Sequence record: MK327931.1
DNA length: 64,000 nt
Origin: Escherichia phage vB_EcoM_G17
Strand: one strand, 5' to 3'
The position numbers and the translations under genes were made by a program. Positions 19,395 through 29,408 of the stretch are shown here, piece by piece (the stretch's first letter is position 1; each line of letters starts with the position of its first letter). Below the pieces are notes generated by a model. That model saw only the letters and a list, made by a program, of their open reading frames with translations. It was not told the DNA's origin and did not search any database.

Positions 19395-19927
19395 GATGGG
19401 TTGCGAAGTTCTACCATTTCTTTCCAAACTAATTGGTAATCTTCTAAGTCCAGATAGAAGTCTTCATTCCAGTGCTCATGAAAGTACTTATACATGAATA
19501 GAACTCCTAAATCGTATGCAGGAAACAATAATGATAGTTGAAAGTAGTATTCCTGATTTAAAACTATATCAATAAACTCTAATGTACGTATGCCACCTTT
19601 CGATGAACGTATCTCAATGTGTGAGGTATCCTTCATACTGTAACACATGAAACCACCTCTAAATTCTGGATCATATTCACATTCGAACTGCTCACTGTTG
19701 TTATAGAAATCTCTCCCACTTTCTTGATCTTTCGGTCTACGTACTGATACATGAATATTTTTATCACGGTACATTGAACGATTTAGTATTTTCAAACATT
19801 TGAACTTATCTTCTTTAATGAACTTGATAATATCAATTATATCTTGTGCTGTACTGATAGCTGATTCGAATGTATCCAACTTAAGATGATTATATTGGGT
19901 TCCAGAGTTCATTTTTTTATCTAACAT
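19391..19927 (-). CDS. family A paralog; function unknown
   Basis: trimmed to MLDKKMN after GAGG; core NQEYYFQLSLLFP. Confidence 0.7.
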   Translation of the reverse strand: MLDKKMNSGTQYNHLKLDTFESAISTAQDIIDIIKFIKEDKFKCLKILNRSMYRDKNIHVSVRRPKDQESGRDFYNNSEQFECEYDPEFRGGFMCYSMKDTSHIEIRSSKGGIRTLEFIDIVLNQEYYFQLSLLFPAYDLGVLFMYKYFHEHWNEDFYLDLEDYQLVWKEMVELRNPS

Positions 19928-19934
19928 ATAAACC

Positions 19935-20276
19935 TCATAATTCATACATTTTTGATTTGAACTGCATATGACCACCTATTTCACATGGATAACAATTCAT
20001 AATTTTGTTCAATAGAATCTGGTATTTTTTAATAACTTCTATATCAATTTTTATATTACTATTAAAAACTAATGATTCTTGAAATAATTCCCCCTCGTCA
20101 AGTGAAGTAAAATCATTTATCTTCAAGGGTATATTGTTGCATCGCAAGGAGAATGTATTTTCATCACGAATTAAAGTATAGAAATCATTATGTTTTTTAT
20201 TATAATCAAATTTAACAAGTAGTAGTTTAATATGAGTAGCGTACATTACTTTAACTAATTCAGATTCACGTCGCAT
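19935..20276 (-). CDS. family A paralog (short form); function unknown
   Basis: core DEGELFQESLVFN. Confidence 0.75.
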   Translation of the reverse strand: MRRESELVKVMYATHIKLLLVKFDYNKKHNDFYTLIRDENTFSLRCNNIPLKINDFTSLDEGELFQESLVFNSNIKIDIEVIKKYQILLNKIMNCYPCEIGGHMQFKSKMYEL

Positions 20277-20632
20277 ACAATACCTCTCTTATGATGCAAA
20301 CATTCTTGCATAATGTGTTGTATTTTTCGTAACAGAAACACATCCAGTTCATTAAAAACAGTACTGTACTGGAACATCTCTTCTTCCCCGTACTCAGTTA
20401 AATCATCAATTTCATCTCTAGAAACAGCTACAATATTAAAACCACGTGTACTACAATAACCCTTAGTAAGATAATATATGTACTTGTACTCTCCGTTGAT
20501 ATCTAAGAGATCTTGTGTGATACAGAAGCTTTTGGGTGACAGTTTATCATCAGGAACCATATGCCTTGCTTGTACATAGCAACGGATACCATCACCTATA
20601 CTATATGTAATAACTTCAAATTCAATCTTCAT
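20255..20632 (-). CDS. family A paralog; function unknown
   Basis: core GEEEMFQYSTVFN; trimmed to MKIEFEV (the track start 20698 overlaps the upstream gene by 77 nt). Confidence 0.65.
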   Translation of the reverse strand: MKIEFEVITYSIGDGIRCYVQARHMVPDDKLSPKSFCITQDLLDINGEYKYIYYLTKGYCSTRGFNIVAVSRDEIDDLTEYGEEEMFQYSTVFNELDVFLLRKIQHIMQECLHHKRGIVCDVNLN

Positions 20633-20984
20633 AGGTGAATATAATCCTTTTATATTGCTCAGGTGCAGTACTGAAACGTTTGATTGGATAATTATCAAAG
20701 ATTCTTTTCATTTCTTTCTGGATTAAACATAAGAAATCAAAGTTACAATCGTACTTATTATCCCATACTAAACTTTCTTGGAATAACTCATCCTCTTGCA
20801 TTAGTGTAGTGTCAATTACATCTTCACGGACATAGCTATATACTTCATAGCTCTTGAAGCCATCTTCTGATAATTCTAATTCATATGCAGCCATATCAAA
20901 CATATCATCATGGTTTGTCTTCAAAGATATTAAACAAGTAACTAATTTTTTAGTTGTATAGTATGTAATACTTAATGTGTTCAT
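20622..20984 (-). CDS. family A paralog (short form); function unknown
   Basis: core QEDELFQESLVWD. Confidence 0.75.
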   Translation of the reverse strand: MNTLSITYYTTKKLVTCLISLKTNHDDMFDMAAYELELSEDGFKSYEVYSYVREDVIDTTLMQEDELFQESLVWDNKYDCNFDFLCLIQKEMKRIFDNYPIKRFSTAPEQYKRIIFTYED

Positions 20985-20989
20985 TTGTT

Positions 20990-21592
20990 TTATACCTCAG
21001 TATATAGCTTACAATAGCTTTCATCGAAATTACAAACACTTCTCAAGTACTGACACAGGTCATTGAAAATATTTACATTTGATATATATACATTATCAAA
21101 TTCTGTTCGTTGAAAGAATGTATACATAGAATTTGTAATATATCGCATTGCATCTTCACGTCCCATAGTTATATCATTTGTGAACATTGCATCTTCATCA
21201 GTACTGATGTGTTCTATTTTAAATGATTTCATAAATGGAATACTCTTTCCTAGGGCATAACCATCACCATATGATGCTTCTACTGCACCTTTAGAATAAA
21301 GGAATTGATATAAGTCCGAATCACGATTATAAAAAGTACGACATACGGAGGAACATAATTTATTATCTATATGAAATAAAAATCTTTTAGCATTTTTGTC
21401 TAATACTATTCGCAATGCATCACTCTCTAGAAATATATCACCATCAAGCATAAATGAGAACTGTACTAATGCTTTTTCTAAATCCGCTCGTTTGTGATAA
21501 ATCATTTCCTGCATATATATAATATCATTTGCTAATTTCTTAAAAAACAAATGCACATCTGCACTACAACATTTATTTGCATTTATTGACAT
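20990..21592 (-). CDS. family A paralog (degenerate core); function unknown
   Basis: core-equivalent TDEDAMFTNDIT. Confidence 0.55.
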   Translation of the reverse strand: MSINANKCCSADVHLFFKKLANDIIYMQEMIYHKRADLEKALVQFSFMLDGDIFLESDALRIVLDKNAKRFLFHIDNKLCSSVCRTFYNRDSDLYQFLYSKGAVEASYGDGYALGKSIPFMKSFKIEHISTDEDAMFTNDITMGREDAMRYITNSMYTFFQRTEFDNVYISNVNIFNDLCQYLRSVCNFDESYCKLYTEV

Positions 21593-22143
21593 AATAGTTC
21601 CTTATACATATGATGTACTTTACAAATCTCATTATAGTATTTCATATCAATGTCATTTGTATTAAAAACGGAAACAGACAATACTGCTAACTTATCAATT
21701 AAGTAATTATTATCGGCGTACTGTTTTAACTTATTGAACATATAGATGCATTTTATACTTAATTCATCATGCAACACACTGTTCTGAAAAATATTCTCTT
21801 CAGTATTAGGAGATAAGTAATCTTCAATTATATACGATAAACTACTATCGCAATCTTTATAGATTGAAATTGATGGATGTAATGTGTCATACATTACACT
21901 AAACAGATCACCGTCATATGTGGATATTAAACTATTATTGGAAACAGTAGGATGATAATATTTCAGTACTGAAAACTTTGAACAATCAGTGCAGTAAAAA
22001 TGATCCATCCCTCGACGACTTTCGTATGAGAATAGTTTACTTGTATATTCAATCCCTTTGGTGCGACGGATTGTTTCATGCATTTCTGCACATTGCATTA
22101 AAATTACCATACGTTCAAACGCAAGATCTAAATCATCGTACAT
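21583..22143 (-). CDS. family A paralog; function unknown
   Basis: core TEENIFQNSVLHD. Confidence 0.75.
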   Translation of the reverse strand: MYDDLDLAFERMVILMQCAEMHETIRRTKGIEYTSKLFSYESRRGMDHFYCTDCSKFSVLKYYHPTVSNNSLISTYDGDLFSVMYDTLHPSISIYKDCDSSLSYIIEDYLSPNTEENIFQNSVLHDELSIKCIYMFNKLKQYADNNYLIDKLAVLSVSVFNTNDIDMKYYNEICKVHHMYKELLCQ

Positions 22144-22324
22144 AACGGATATCCTTCTTCAACGAATTAATATATTCCAAAATAACTTGTTCCTGATATT
22201 GGGTTCCCAAGTACATCAGTACTTTCAACTCTTTGAATTCAGTACTATATGAGTCTGTTTGCATCATTCTAGTAGAATATATATTGAATAGTTTAGCAAT
22301 ATCATCTTGGTCTATTATTTTCAT
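22133..22324 (-). CDS. family B small paralog embedded in the family A array
   Basis: core YLGTQYQEQVILEYINSL. Confidence 0.7.
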   Translation of the reverse strand: MKIIDQDDIAKLFNIYSTRMMQTDSYSTEFKELKVLMYLGTQYQEQVILEYINSLKKDIRYVR

Positions 22325-22520
22325 TAACCCTCTTCTGTATTAGTTCCTGTAAGTGCTGAATATAACCCTTCATTGCAACATCCTGTTTGTTAGAGCCAAC
22401 GAAGAACAAGAGCTTAAAGTCATGGTAATCCATTTTTGGTTTAGTAGTGAACCATATGTCCCACACTGCACTCACAGTTCTCATGTATTCAATTCGATTA
22501 AATGTTTTTGAATACTTCAT
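22302..22520 (-). CDS. family B small paralog embedded in the family A array
   Basis: core FVGSNKQDVAMKGYIQHL. Confidence 0.65.
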   Translation of the reverse strand: MKYSKTFNRIEYMRTVSAVWDIWFTTKPKMDYHDFKLLFFVGSNKQDVAMKGYIQHLQELIQKRVNENNRPR

Positions 22521-23034
22521 CGATGTTCATTGCCAATAAGTTAATATACAAATTACTGTTAAATGCTATCTGCAATTCCATATAGAACTGAATGATTGCA
22601 TAGTCAGGGTCAGTACACGATAGTTGAAAACACTGTTCGTCGAATGCATTGTAATTGTACTTAGGGATGTGAATTTCACGCTTCAAATCAGGTTGCCCCC
22701 ACTTCATCGCGTACACACCAATGTTATTGTTCTTTTTCCTTTTCTTAAATGTTAATTGTTGAATATTTCCTGCGTTATCCAGGAAAATAGAATTATTCGA
22801 CACAGGTGCACCAATAGAAAACAATGATGTATCAATTACGTGTTTCTCACGTACATCACACTTCTGAAATGCACCTGTACCCTGTAATACACGATGAAAA
22901 TTGTACTTCTCATTAACAACAGTACTAGGATCAATTAAACCAGTACTGCATTTTTTGAGTACTGGTACGATGATACGAATCTTTTTTGATAAATCTTGTA
23001 ATGCATCAAAGTCATTGATGTTAACTTTCATCAC
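22498..23034 (-). CDS. family A paralog; function unknown
   Basis: core FDEQCFQLSCTDP. Confidence 0.7.
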   Translation of the reverse strand: MMKVNINDFDALQDLSKKIRIIVPVLKKCSTGLIDPSTVVNEKYNFHRVLQGTGAFQKCDVREKHVIDTSLFSIGAPVSNNSIFLDNAGNIQQLTFKKRKKNNNIGVYAMKWGQPDLKREIHIPKYNYNAFDEQCFQLSCTDPDYAIIQFYMELQIAFNSNLYINLLAMNIDEVFKNI

Positions 23035-23480
23035 TCAAATGTGGCCTCTTCAGTAGTAACAAAATTGATTAGTGTATCCAGTTCAGCAGTGTCAAGATAA
23101 AATACATCCAGTACTGATTTCTGATATATTACACTGAATGTGCATAGATTGTCAAGCGTTCCTTGTTCATAAACAGTACTACCCTGGAAGTACCCTTCTT
23201 CAGTACTCAGGGATAAAATGTCTGAAATTTTAAAAGATTCTTCAGTCGCATGTCTTTCTATATTAACTAAATGTCCGTTTCGGTTCAATGAAATATAATC
23301 GTATGCTAACTCAATTAGACTATAATTATCCGCATTAGTGTCAAATAAAGCGACAATTTTTCGTCTCAATCTCTCATCGTGATCATGGTTTTCATCAGCT
23401 AAGTATTCAGGATTTTCTTTGAAGAACTGAACAACTTTTAGAATATCATTTGCTTTCTTGATTGCACTTTCGTAACTCAT
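23031..23480 (-). CDS. family A paralog; function unknown
   Basis: core STEEGYFQGSTVYE. Confidence 0.75.
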   Translation of the reverse strand: MSYESAIKKANDILKVVQFFKENPEYLADENHDHDERLRRKIVALFDTNADNYSLIELAYDYISLNRNGHLVNIERHATEESFKISDILSLSTEEGYFQGSTVYEQGTLDNLCTFSVIYQKSVLDVFYLDTAELDTLINFVTTEEATFE

Positions 23481-23785
23481 AATAATTCAACCACTCCATC
23501 TCTAAAGTACATATAACTACCACCATTGGATACCTTGAATTCTATTGTCCCCAATAATATATTATATTTTTTTATTTCACATGTAGTACTGGTAGTGTAA
23601 GGCTCACCATCTCCTAAGTACATTGACATATGACATAGAACTTTTCTACCTGCATATTTCTCTTCAAACGATTGTTCAAAACTATGCATAATTTGATTTA
23701 AAGCTGAAATGTAATTAATAAAGTCAGGTATTTCTGTCAATGAATTATAAACCGTACAAAGTGAATCAAATTCATTTTTAGTCAT
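23477..23785 (-). CDS. hypothetical protein (no FQ core)
   Basis: 102-aa ORF, 4-nt overlap with the upstream gene. Confidence 0.65.
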   Translation of the reverse strand: MTKNEFDSLCTVYNSLTEIPDFINYISALNQIMHSFEQSFEEKYAGRKVLCHMSMYLGDGEPYTTSTTCEIKKYNILLGTIEFKVSNGGSYMYFRDGVVELL

Positions 23786-24099
23786 TATATTTCTATCTCA
23801 ATGTAATCCTGTGTGATTAAGTAATCCCAATGATACTTCACCTGCTTTTGTAATTCAATTAACGTAAAGAAGTTGATCGATTTATCCCATACGAGCGATT
23901 CCTGGAAAATAAATGATTCATGTTCATCGTAATAATCACACTCTAAAAAATCAGGTATATATTCACTATCGTGAATGTATTCAACAAACGAACTAGCTTG
24001 GCATTTCTTTACTACTAGTAATAATGAATTATCATGATCAAACAGATACAATAAACTAATTTCACCAGGGACGTACTGAACACTGAATAAGTTTTTCAT
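23785..24099 (-). CDS. family A paralog (short form); function unknown
   Basis: core HESFIFQESLVWD. Confidence 0.75.
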   Translation of the reverse strand: MKNLFSVQYVPGEISLLYLFDHDNSLLLVVKKCQASSFVEYIHDSEYIPDFLECDYYDEHESFIFQESLVWDKSINFFTLIELQKQVKYHWDYLITQDYIEIEI

Positions 24100-24548
24100 T
24101 CTATACCTTCTGGATCTTTACGAAGTTCTTCGAAATCCAAATAAAATCGAGGACAGTTAACACTCTTTAAGTACCACATAATAACTAATGCTTCAAGTAC
24201 TTCATCATCGTAAACAGTACTGTTTTGGAAGTAATACTCTTCACTATCCCACGGACCATCCAGTACTTCATAATTCAAAATTAATGGTTTTTTGCGATTA
24301 ATAAAACGAATGCTACCATTTTCAACATAACTAATAAATTCTGCATCTCTATTGTATTCAGAAAACGATATAGGACTATTGGAATTCAACCCAAGAATAA
24401 CCCTTACACCCACGGAGTTATTATACATTTCATCTTTGTAGTAGTTGCCGTTCTCGGCTTTGTACACTTCTTTGAACTTTCCTGCCTTTATATCGTCAAA
24501 GTATCCATGTAGTTCTTTTGCTTTTTCAAGAGCACTTTGTAATGACAT
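24096..24548 (-). CDS. family A paralog, MSLQSAL subgroup
   Basis: N-term MSLQSALEKAKELH; core VLDGPWDSEEYYFQNSTVYD. Confidence 0.8.
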   Translation of the reverse strand: MSLQSALEKAKELHGYFDDIKAGKFKEVYKAENGNYYKDEMYNNSVGVRVILGLNSNSPISFSEYNRDAEFISYVENGSIRFINRKKPLILNYEVLDGPWDSEEYYFQNSTVYDDEVLEALVIMWYLKSVNCPRFYLDFEELRKDPEGIE

Positions 24549-25014
24549 TACCTTCTCCTACAGTATTCTCTACATATTCATAATCAAAATAGAAACTACT
24601 GGAGTCAATACTTTTGAAATACCACATAATTACAATAACATCTAATTCTTCTTCATTGTACAACGTACTATTCTGGAAGTAATATTCTTCACTATCCCAC
24701 GGTCCTTCCAGTACTGAATAAGGAATGATAGTGTCATCAGCATCACTATCTGTGTTGTAGATGGTAATATCTTCATTACGGCAATAACTAATGTACTGAT
24801 TGTACATATGATATTCACAGTTATCACTGTCACCAGTATCAGTGTGCAGTACTAATGTTTCTGCACATATCTCGGACTCGTCATAATCGTCACGGTCTTT
24901 TACAAAAAATTCAGTATCAGATGTTTTATATACACCTGGTACTGAACCTTCCTGTACCATAATCATGTACTCATGAATCTTCTTTGCTTCTTTCAATGCA
25001 CTTTGTAATGACAT
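24526..25014 (-). CDS. family A paralog, MSLQSAL subgroup
   Basis: N-term MSLQSALKEAKKIH; core VLEGPWDSEEYYFQNSTLYN. Confidence 0.8.
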   Translation of the reverse strand: MSLQSALKEAKKIHEYMIMVQEGSVPGVYKTSDTEFFVKDRDDYDESEICAETLVLHTDTGDSDNCEYHMYNQYISYCRNEDITIYNTDSDADDTIIPYSVLEGPWDSEEYYFQNSTLYNEEELDVIVIMWYFKSIDSSSFYFDYEYVENTVGEGNVITKCS

Positions 25015-25457
25015 TACAAATCCCCTGTACTTAAATATTCACATGCTCCCCAGTCAAGAAAGAATGGTTCAAAATTCAATTCCTTAAAGTACCACAACAC
25101 AACCAAGGAATCAAGAATTTCTTGGTTAAAAATGAGACTCTGTTGGAAGTAATACTCTTCAGTACCCCACGGGCCATCAAGTACCCCGAAGTCAACAGGT
25201 GTATTTGTTGTGTCAAAAGTAATCTTAGTACCTGGAATATATACAAAAAAATTAGTATATTGACTACATGAAGAGTACTGTATAGTATTGTCTTTATCCT
25301 GTCCCATAAGTAAAATATCATCAGAGTATGTCTTTATACCTGATAGATAATACTCATCACCAAATGCACTTACTTTATCACCATAGAACCCACTTTTTAT
25401 GTTATCGTGGAAGTGATGTATTCTGTGTGCTAGTTCAAGTGCACTTGCTAAACTCAT
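25014..25457 (-). CDS. family A paralog, MSLQSAL subgroup
   Basis: N-term MSLASALELAHRIH; core VLDGPWGTEEYYFQQSLIFN. Confidence 0.8.
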   Translation of the reverse strand: MSLASALELAHRIHHFHDNIKSGFYGDKVSAFGDEYYLSGIKTYSDDILLMGQDKDNTIQYSSCSQYTNFFVYIPGTKITFDTTNTPVDFGVLDGPWGTEEYYFQQSLIFNQEILDSLVVLWYFKELNFEPFFLDWGACEYLSTGDL

Positions 25458-25924
25458 ATATCCTCTTTAATAACTCGTAGTAGATCCAAGTCCAAATAGA
25501 AGCTAGGACAATCTGTATTATTAAAGTACCACAGAATGACAAGCTTGTCAAGTACATCTTCCTCGTAGATAGTATTCTGCTGGAAGTAGTACTCTTCACT
25601 TCCCCAGTCATTATCCAGTACTGAATACGGAAGATGTTTCTCTGCTGCACCAGATATAATGTCAGAATCTTGTATTAAAATATCAGCATCACGACAGAAG
25701 TACATGTAATTATCTTCCAAATTAACATCACACCCATTGAGTGTTGTTTCAGAAGAATCTAAGTTTTCTTCATACATGTGAATGTACTCACTACTGTCAT
25801 CGTATCTCATTCGACAATATGATTTACCTTCCTTGAATAGATATCCATTAAGACAATTTGCTACAATTTCTTTGCTGCATAAATCAATTAACTTCGCAAT
25901 CTCTAATGCTCTTTCTAAACTCAT
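25454..25924 (-). CDS. family A paralog, MSLQSAL subgroup
   Basis: N-term MSLERALEIAKLID; core VLDNDWGSEEYYFQQNTIYE. Confidence 0.8.
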   Translation of the reverse strand: MSLERALEIAKLIDLCSKEIVANCLNGYLFKEGKSYCRMRYDDSSEYIHMYEENLDSSETTLNGCDVNLEDNYMYFCRDADILIQDSDIISGAAEKHLPYSVLDNDWGSEEYYFQQNTIYEEDVLDKLVILWYFNNTDCPSFYLDLDLLRVIKEDI

Positions 25925-25925
25925 T

Positions 25926-26417
25926 TCAACCCCTGTTAATACCGTTATCTACAGTTTTCTTTACGTATTTGTAATCGAAATAGAAGTTCCCAGAACCAAT
26001 ACTTTTAAAGTACCACATAATTATAATAACATCAAGTACTTCATTATCATATACAGTACTTTGTTGGAAGTAATACTCTTCACTATCCCACGGACCTTCC
26101 AGTACTTCACTCGGAATTATAATGTCATTGGAATCGCTGTCAGTACTGTTGATGGTATCTGTATCATTAATATAGACCATGTACTCATTATGCATATTAA
26201 TGAAGCATTCATAATCATTAGGGTCGGTATCTAGTATGCACGTTTCTGTATCCAGTACGCACGTTTCTGTATCTGAGCAGTCATTATAAAGGAGGTTATC
26301 CGGTACATAATATTGAGTACTTGTGTCTTTGAAAACACCGTAAACTGAACCTTCTTTTGCCATATTCATGTACTCATGAATCTTCTTTGCTTTTTCCAAT
26401 GAACTCTGTAATGTCAT
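25926..26417 (-). CDS. family A paralog, MSLQSAL subgroup
   Basis: N-term MTLQSSLEKAKKIH; core VLEGPWDSEEYYFQQSTVYD. Confidence 0.8.
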   Translation of the reverse strand: MTLQSSLEKAKKIHEYMNMAKEGSVYGVFKDTSTQYYVPDNLLYNDCSDTETCVLDTETCILDTDPNDYECFINMHNEYMVYINDTDTINSTDSDSNDIIIPSEVLEGPWDSEEYYFQQSTVYDNEVLDVIIIMWYFKSIGSGNFYFDYKYVKKTVDNGINRG

Positions 26418-26426
26418 TTTATAATC

Positions 26427-26786
26427 TCATATATTGAAATAATAATTATTCGTTCTTGATGGGGATGGATTAAATACGTTTTCTTTTTCAAATCTCTTCA
26501 TTTCATTTTGCAAAGAAACCATTTCTTCAAATGTACAGGAGTACTTATTCTTATCAAACACTAATGCAGCCTGAAATAGTTCCCCATCGTCCAGTACTGT
26601 ATAATCTATAAGACTCTCAGATTCATAGTCATAGTCGTCATGTGATACATGAATAAATTTAAAACAAGAATCTTTGTAATGCATATATAAACTCAACTCA
26701 TGTTCCGAGTCGCCCTTAATAAGATTACAGCACAAGTCCCATCCTTTAGGTAACTTATAATAGTACATAGAATAATCATATGTCAT
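26427..26786 (-). CDS. family A paralog (short form)
   Basis: core DYTVLDDGELFQAALVFDK. Confidence 0.75.
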   Translation of the reverse strand: MTYDYSMYYYKLPKGWDLCCNLIKGDSEHELSLYMHYKDSCFKFIHVSHDDYDYESESLIDYTVLDDGELFQAALVFDKNKYSCTFEEMVSLQNEMKRFEKENVFNPSPSRTNNYYFNI

Positions 26787-27139
26787 TCTTGAATTCCTAA
26801 ATTGAATTTGTATTCTTGATTAATACTTGCATTGGGTTTATGCAAAGCAGCATACTCTTTCATTTCATTTTGTATTGCAATAACTTCTTCAAATGTACAC
26901 AAGTACTTCTTATCAAATACTAATGATTCTTGGAATAGTTCTGCGGTATCCATTAATGTATAGTCCGGCATATCTTGGTGTGGATACTGTAATGAACTGT
27001 AATCAATGAATGTAAATTTACCCTGAGTGTAATGAATATACTCATTTGCACTGTGCATTAAATCACCTTTGTTTAAATTACAAAAGTACTGATAACTGTG
27101 CTTGAAAGTATGTACTGATATTAAAAAATCAAATTCCAT
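26783..27139 (-). CDS. family A paralog (short form)
   Basis: core DYTLMDTAELFQESLVFDKKY. Confidence 0.75.
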   Translation of the reverse strand: MEFDFLISVHTFKHSYQYFCNLNKGDLMHSANEYIHYTQGKFTFIDYSSLQYPHQDMPDYTLMDTAELFQESLVFDKKYLCTFEEVIAIQNEMKEYAALHKPNASINQEYKFNLGIQE

Positions 27140-27510
27140 CAGTACTCAACCTCTACATAAATAGATTCAGGAAACTTAGTCATATAATCTTCTGGATAGT
27201 TCTGCATTACTTTGATCATTTCTGCCTGTGTAGCACGGACGTATTCAATTGGTGCTCCTGGTAAATTCCAGACAGTACTTTCCTGAAAGAATTCCTCTTC
27301 TGACAGTACTGTCAGATTTACAAAATCATTACGGTAATTTTTTGAATCATCATATGTGAAGATTTTAAAAGACCCATTTTCATATAGTACAAGAACAAAA
27401 TGGGAGAATTTTTGTAATGCACCACCAAGGCTTTCCACGACCGCATGATTCAGTGTACAGATGACCTCTTTTTTCCTCATACCGAATTGAATTCTAATTT
27501 CTTTTTTCAT
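27139..27510 (-). CDS. family A paralog (short form)
   Basis: core NLTVLSEEEFFQESTVWN. Confidence 0.75.
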   Translation of the reverse strand: MKKEIRIQFGMRKKEVICTLNHAVVESLGGALQKFSHFVLVLYENGSFKIFTYDDSKNYRNDFVNLTVLSEEEFFQESTVWNLPGAPIEYVRATQAEMIKVMQNYPEDYMTKFPESIYVEVEY

Positions 27511-27668
27511 AAAATCTCCTTCAGATTAGTACTGAATTTGTACAGAATATTAGAACTGTATACAGCCTCTGTATCTGTATCCATAATCAAATCACCTTTG
27601 TTTAAATTACAAAAGTACTGATAACTGTGCTTAAAAGAATGTACTGATATTAAAAAATCAAATTCCAT
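27507..27668 (-). pseudogene. truncated family A copy (N-terminal fragment, 53-codon ORF)
   Basis: first ~80 nt almost identical to the 5' end of 26783..27139 (MEFDFLISVH.FKHSYQYFCNLNKGDL), then diverges; lacks the FQ core; ATGA junctions on both sides. Confidence 0.6.
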
Positions 27669-28045
27669 CACACTTCCCCTAGATTGAAATGATTACAAAA
27701 ATCATCTTCACCAGTACTGCACCAGATATCTATACATTCCCTGTGAATACATTTAATTCTACGCTGTAATTCAATCATCTCTTCTAATGTACAGATGTAC
27801 TTCTTATCAAATACTAATGCCGCCTGAAACAGTGCAGCATCATCAAGTACTGTATAGTCCAACATCTCGGTTGCTTTACCCCTAAACCCAGTACTAAAAT
27901 CCATCAAATAAAAGTCAGCATTCCAGTACTTTAAAATCTTGTCCCTAGCGTAGTTTAAATCACCCTTGTATAAGTTAGAGTGCGTAACTAACTCACCAGT
28001 GTACATCCATGTCCTTGCACAAAATTCATTATATTTTATTTCCAT
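27668..28045 (-). CDS. family A paralog (short form)
   Basis: trimmed to MEIKYNEF; core DYTVLDDAALFQAALVFDKKY. Confidence 0.7.
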   Translation of the reverse strand: MEIKYNEFCARTWMYTGELVTHSNLYKGDLNYARDKILKYWNADFYLMDFSTGFRGKATEMLDYTVLDDAALFQAALVFDKKYICTLEEMIELQRRIKCIHRECIDIWCSTGEDDFCNHFNLGEV

Positions 28046-28243
28046 CTTAATCTCTACTATAATTAATAAGGTAAACTCCAATATAAGGAGAACGTTCGGC
28101 GGCGGGGTATTTTTTGTTTCAAGAAACATGAACTGTACTCTGAAAAACACAATATAAAACTTTATATTAAACATATACCTTAGCATGTTTTTCAGCGGAA
28201 ATTTTTTTGACCCCCCCCTGCGGCCTGTCAAAATGAAACGTCT

Positions 28244-28468
28244 CTATTTATTCAGCCTAGAAACCTTGATTTCTTCAATCCTTTTCATTGCACAAAGCCT
28301 TCGACTCGTCCTCTCGTATATATTCAATACTCGCTGTAATGCATTATCTGTATTATCTGCAACTGCAATCTGAACCAAATATGTATCCTTCAAAATAGAA
28401 TCCATCATGAATTCAAAACCTTTCACACTAAAGCAATATGCCACTTCCGGCTCTTCAAACGTAATCAT
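28244..28468 (-). CDS. hypothetical small protein
   Basis: 74-aa ORF. Confidence 0.55.
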   Translation of the reverse strand: MITFEEPEVAYCFSVKGFEFMMDSILKDTYLVQIAVADNTDNALQRVLNIYERTSRRLCAMKRIEEIKVSRLNK

Positions 28469-28685
28469 AATTCCAATCCCCTATTCCCTCTAACCTTCTA
28501 AGATATCTTGCGTAAATTATTTCGAAATATCTGTGCAACGAAATTACGGATTGCTCATAATCATCATTCCTGTACATTGTGCATGTCAGAAAATCATTTA
28601 ACCCAAAATCTAAACTGCACTTGAACTTCTCCTTTGCAATATCACTATTACTTGCACTTTTCATAATAAACCCTTTGTACCGCAT
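28455..28685 (-). CDS. hypothetical small protein
   Basis: ORF; the start may be the internal MKSASNS at 28664. Confidence 0.55.
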   Translation of the reverse strand: MRYKGFIMKSASNSDIAKEKFKCSLDFGLNDFLTCTMYRNDDYEQSVISLHRYFEIIYARYLRRLEGIGDWNYDYV

Positions 28686-28824
28686 TGGTGTACTGTGAAC
28701 TCAGCACCACTAATAGGTAATCTATATTGTAAGCACGATTTCCTCGTTGACTAGCACGGCTGGAATAAAGAATATTATCCACATATGTATTGAACTGATC
28801 TTCAAATAACTCTTTCATCAGCAT
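28648..28824 (-). CDS. possible small protein (58 aa)
   Basis: below track cutoff; fills a gap; no clear SD. Confidence 0.3.
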   Translation of the reverse strand: MLMKELFEDQFNTYVDNILYSSRASQRGNRAYNIDYLLVVLSSQYTNAVQRVYYEKCK

Positions 28825-28846
28825 TATACCATCACATAATCATACA

Positions 28847-29398
28847 TCATACATTAACAACTTTATCGATGTAATCTTCTAACATATCAATATATCTGGT
28901 ATTGGTTCTAACTAAAAGGTATGCAAATCCAGAAAACTCCTGTGTATAATGCTTTACAGCGTACATACAACGAAGCTTATCATTGTCATACATTGTACTG
29001 TACTGAAACAAACTCTCGTCTGATAGCTCTAATAACGCTTGGGCTTCACTTCTCGTGAACTTCATAGGGTCATGTACTGCATCACAAAAACAAACCTGTG
29101 TCTCGCTATTGAAACCCTGTGATAGATATATACCTTCACACTCTGAACGCACCGATACTGCATTATAACTATGTGTTGCCCCCATCATATCTGAACTCAA
29201 AACTAAAATCAACCCATTTTTATTTTTAATCAACAAATCTGACTTAAGGGATTTGATCTCCGTATGGGAAATATCACCAAATCTTCCTGGGACTTCAAAC
29301 TTATCAACGTTGTATACAATCTTTTGTACTTGCTCTTTTAAACGCTTAATTGCACTTCTGTCTTTTTCTAATGTATCTAATAAACTCATTGAACTCAT
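28847..29398 (-). CDS. family A paralog; function unknown
   Basis: trimmed to MSSMSLLD after AAGGAAAG; core SDESLFQYSTMYD. Confidence 0.75.
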   Translation of the reverse strand: MSSMSLLDTLEKDRSAIKRLKEQVQKIVYNVDKFEVPGRFGDISHTEIKSLKSDLLIKNKNGLILVLSSDMMGATHSYNAVSVRSECEGIYLSQGFNSETQVCFCDAVHDPMKFTRSEAQALLELSDESLFQYSTMYDNDKLRCMYAVKHYTQEFSGFAYLLVRTNTRYIDMLEDYIDKVVNV

Positions 29399-29408
29399 TG
29401 TACTTTCC

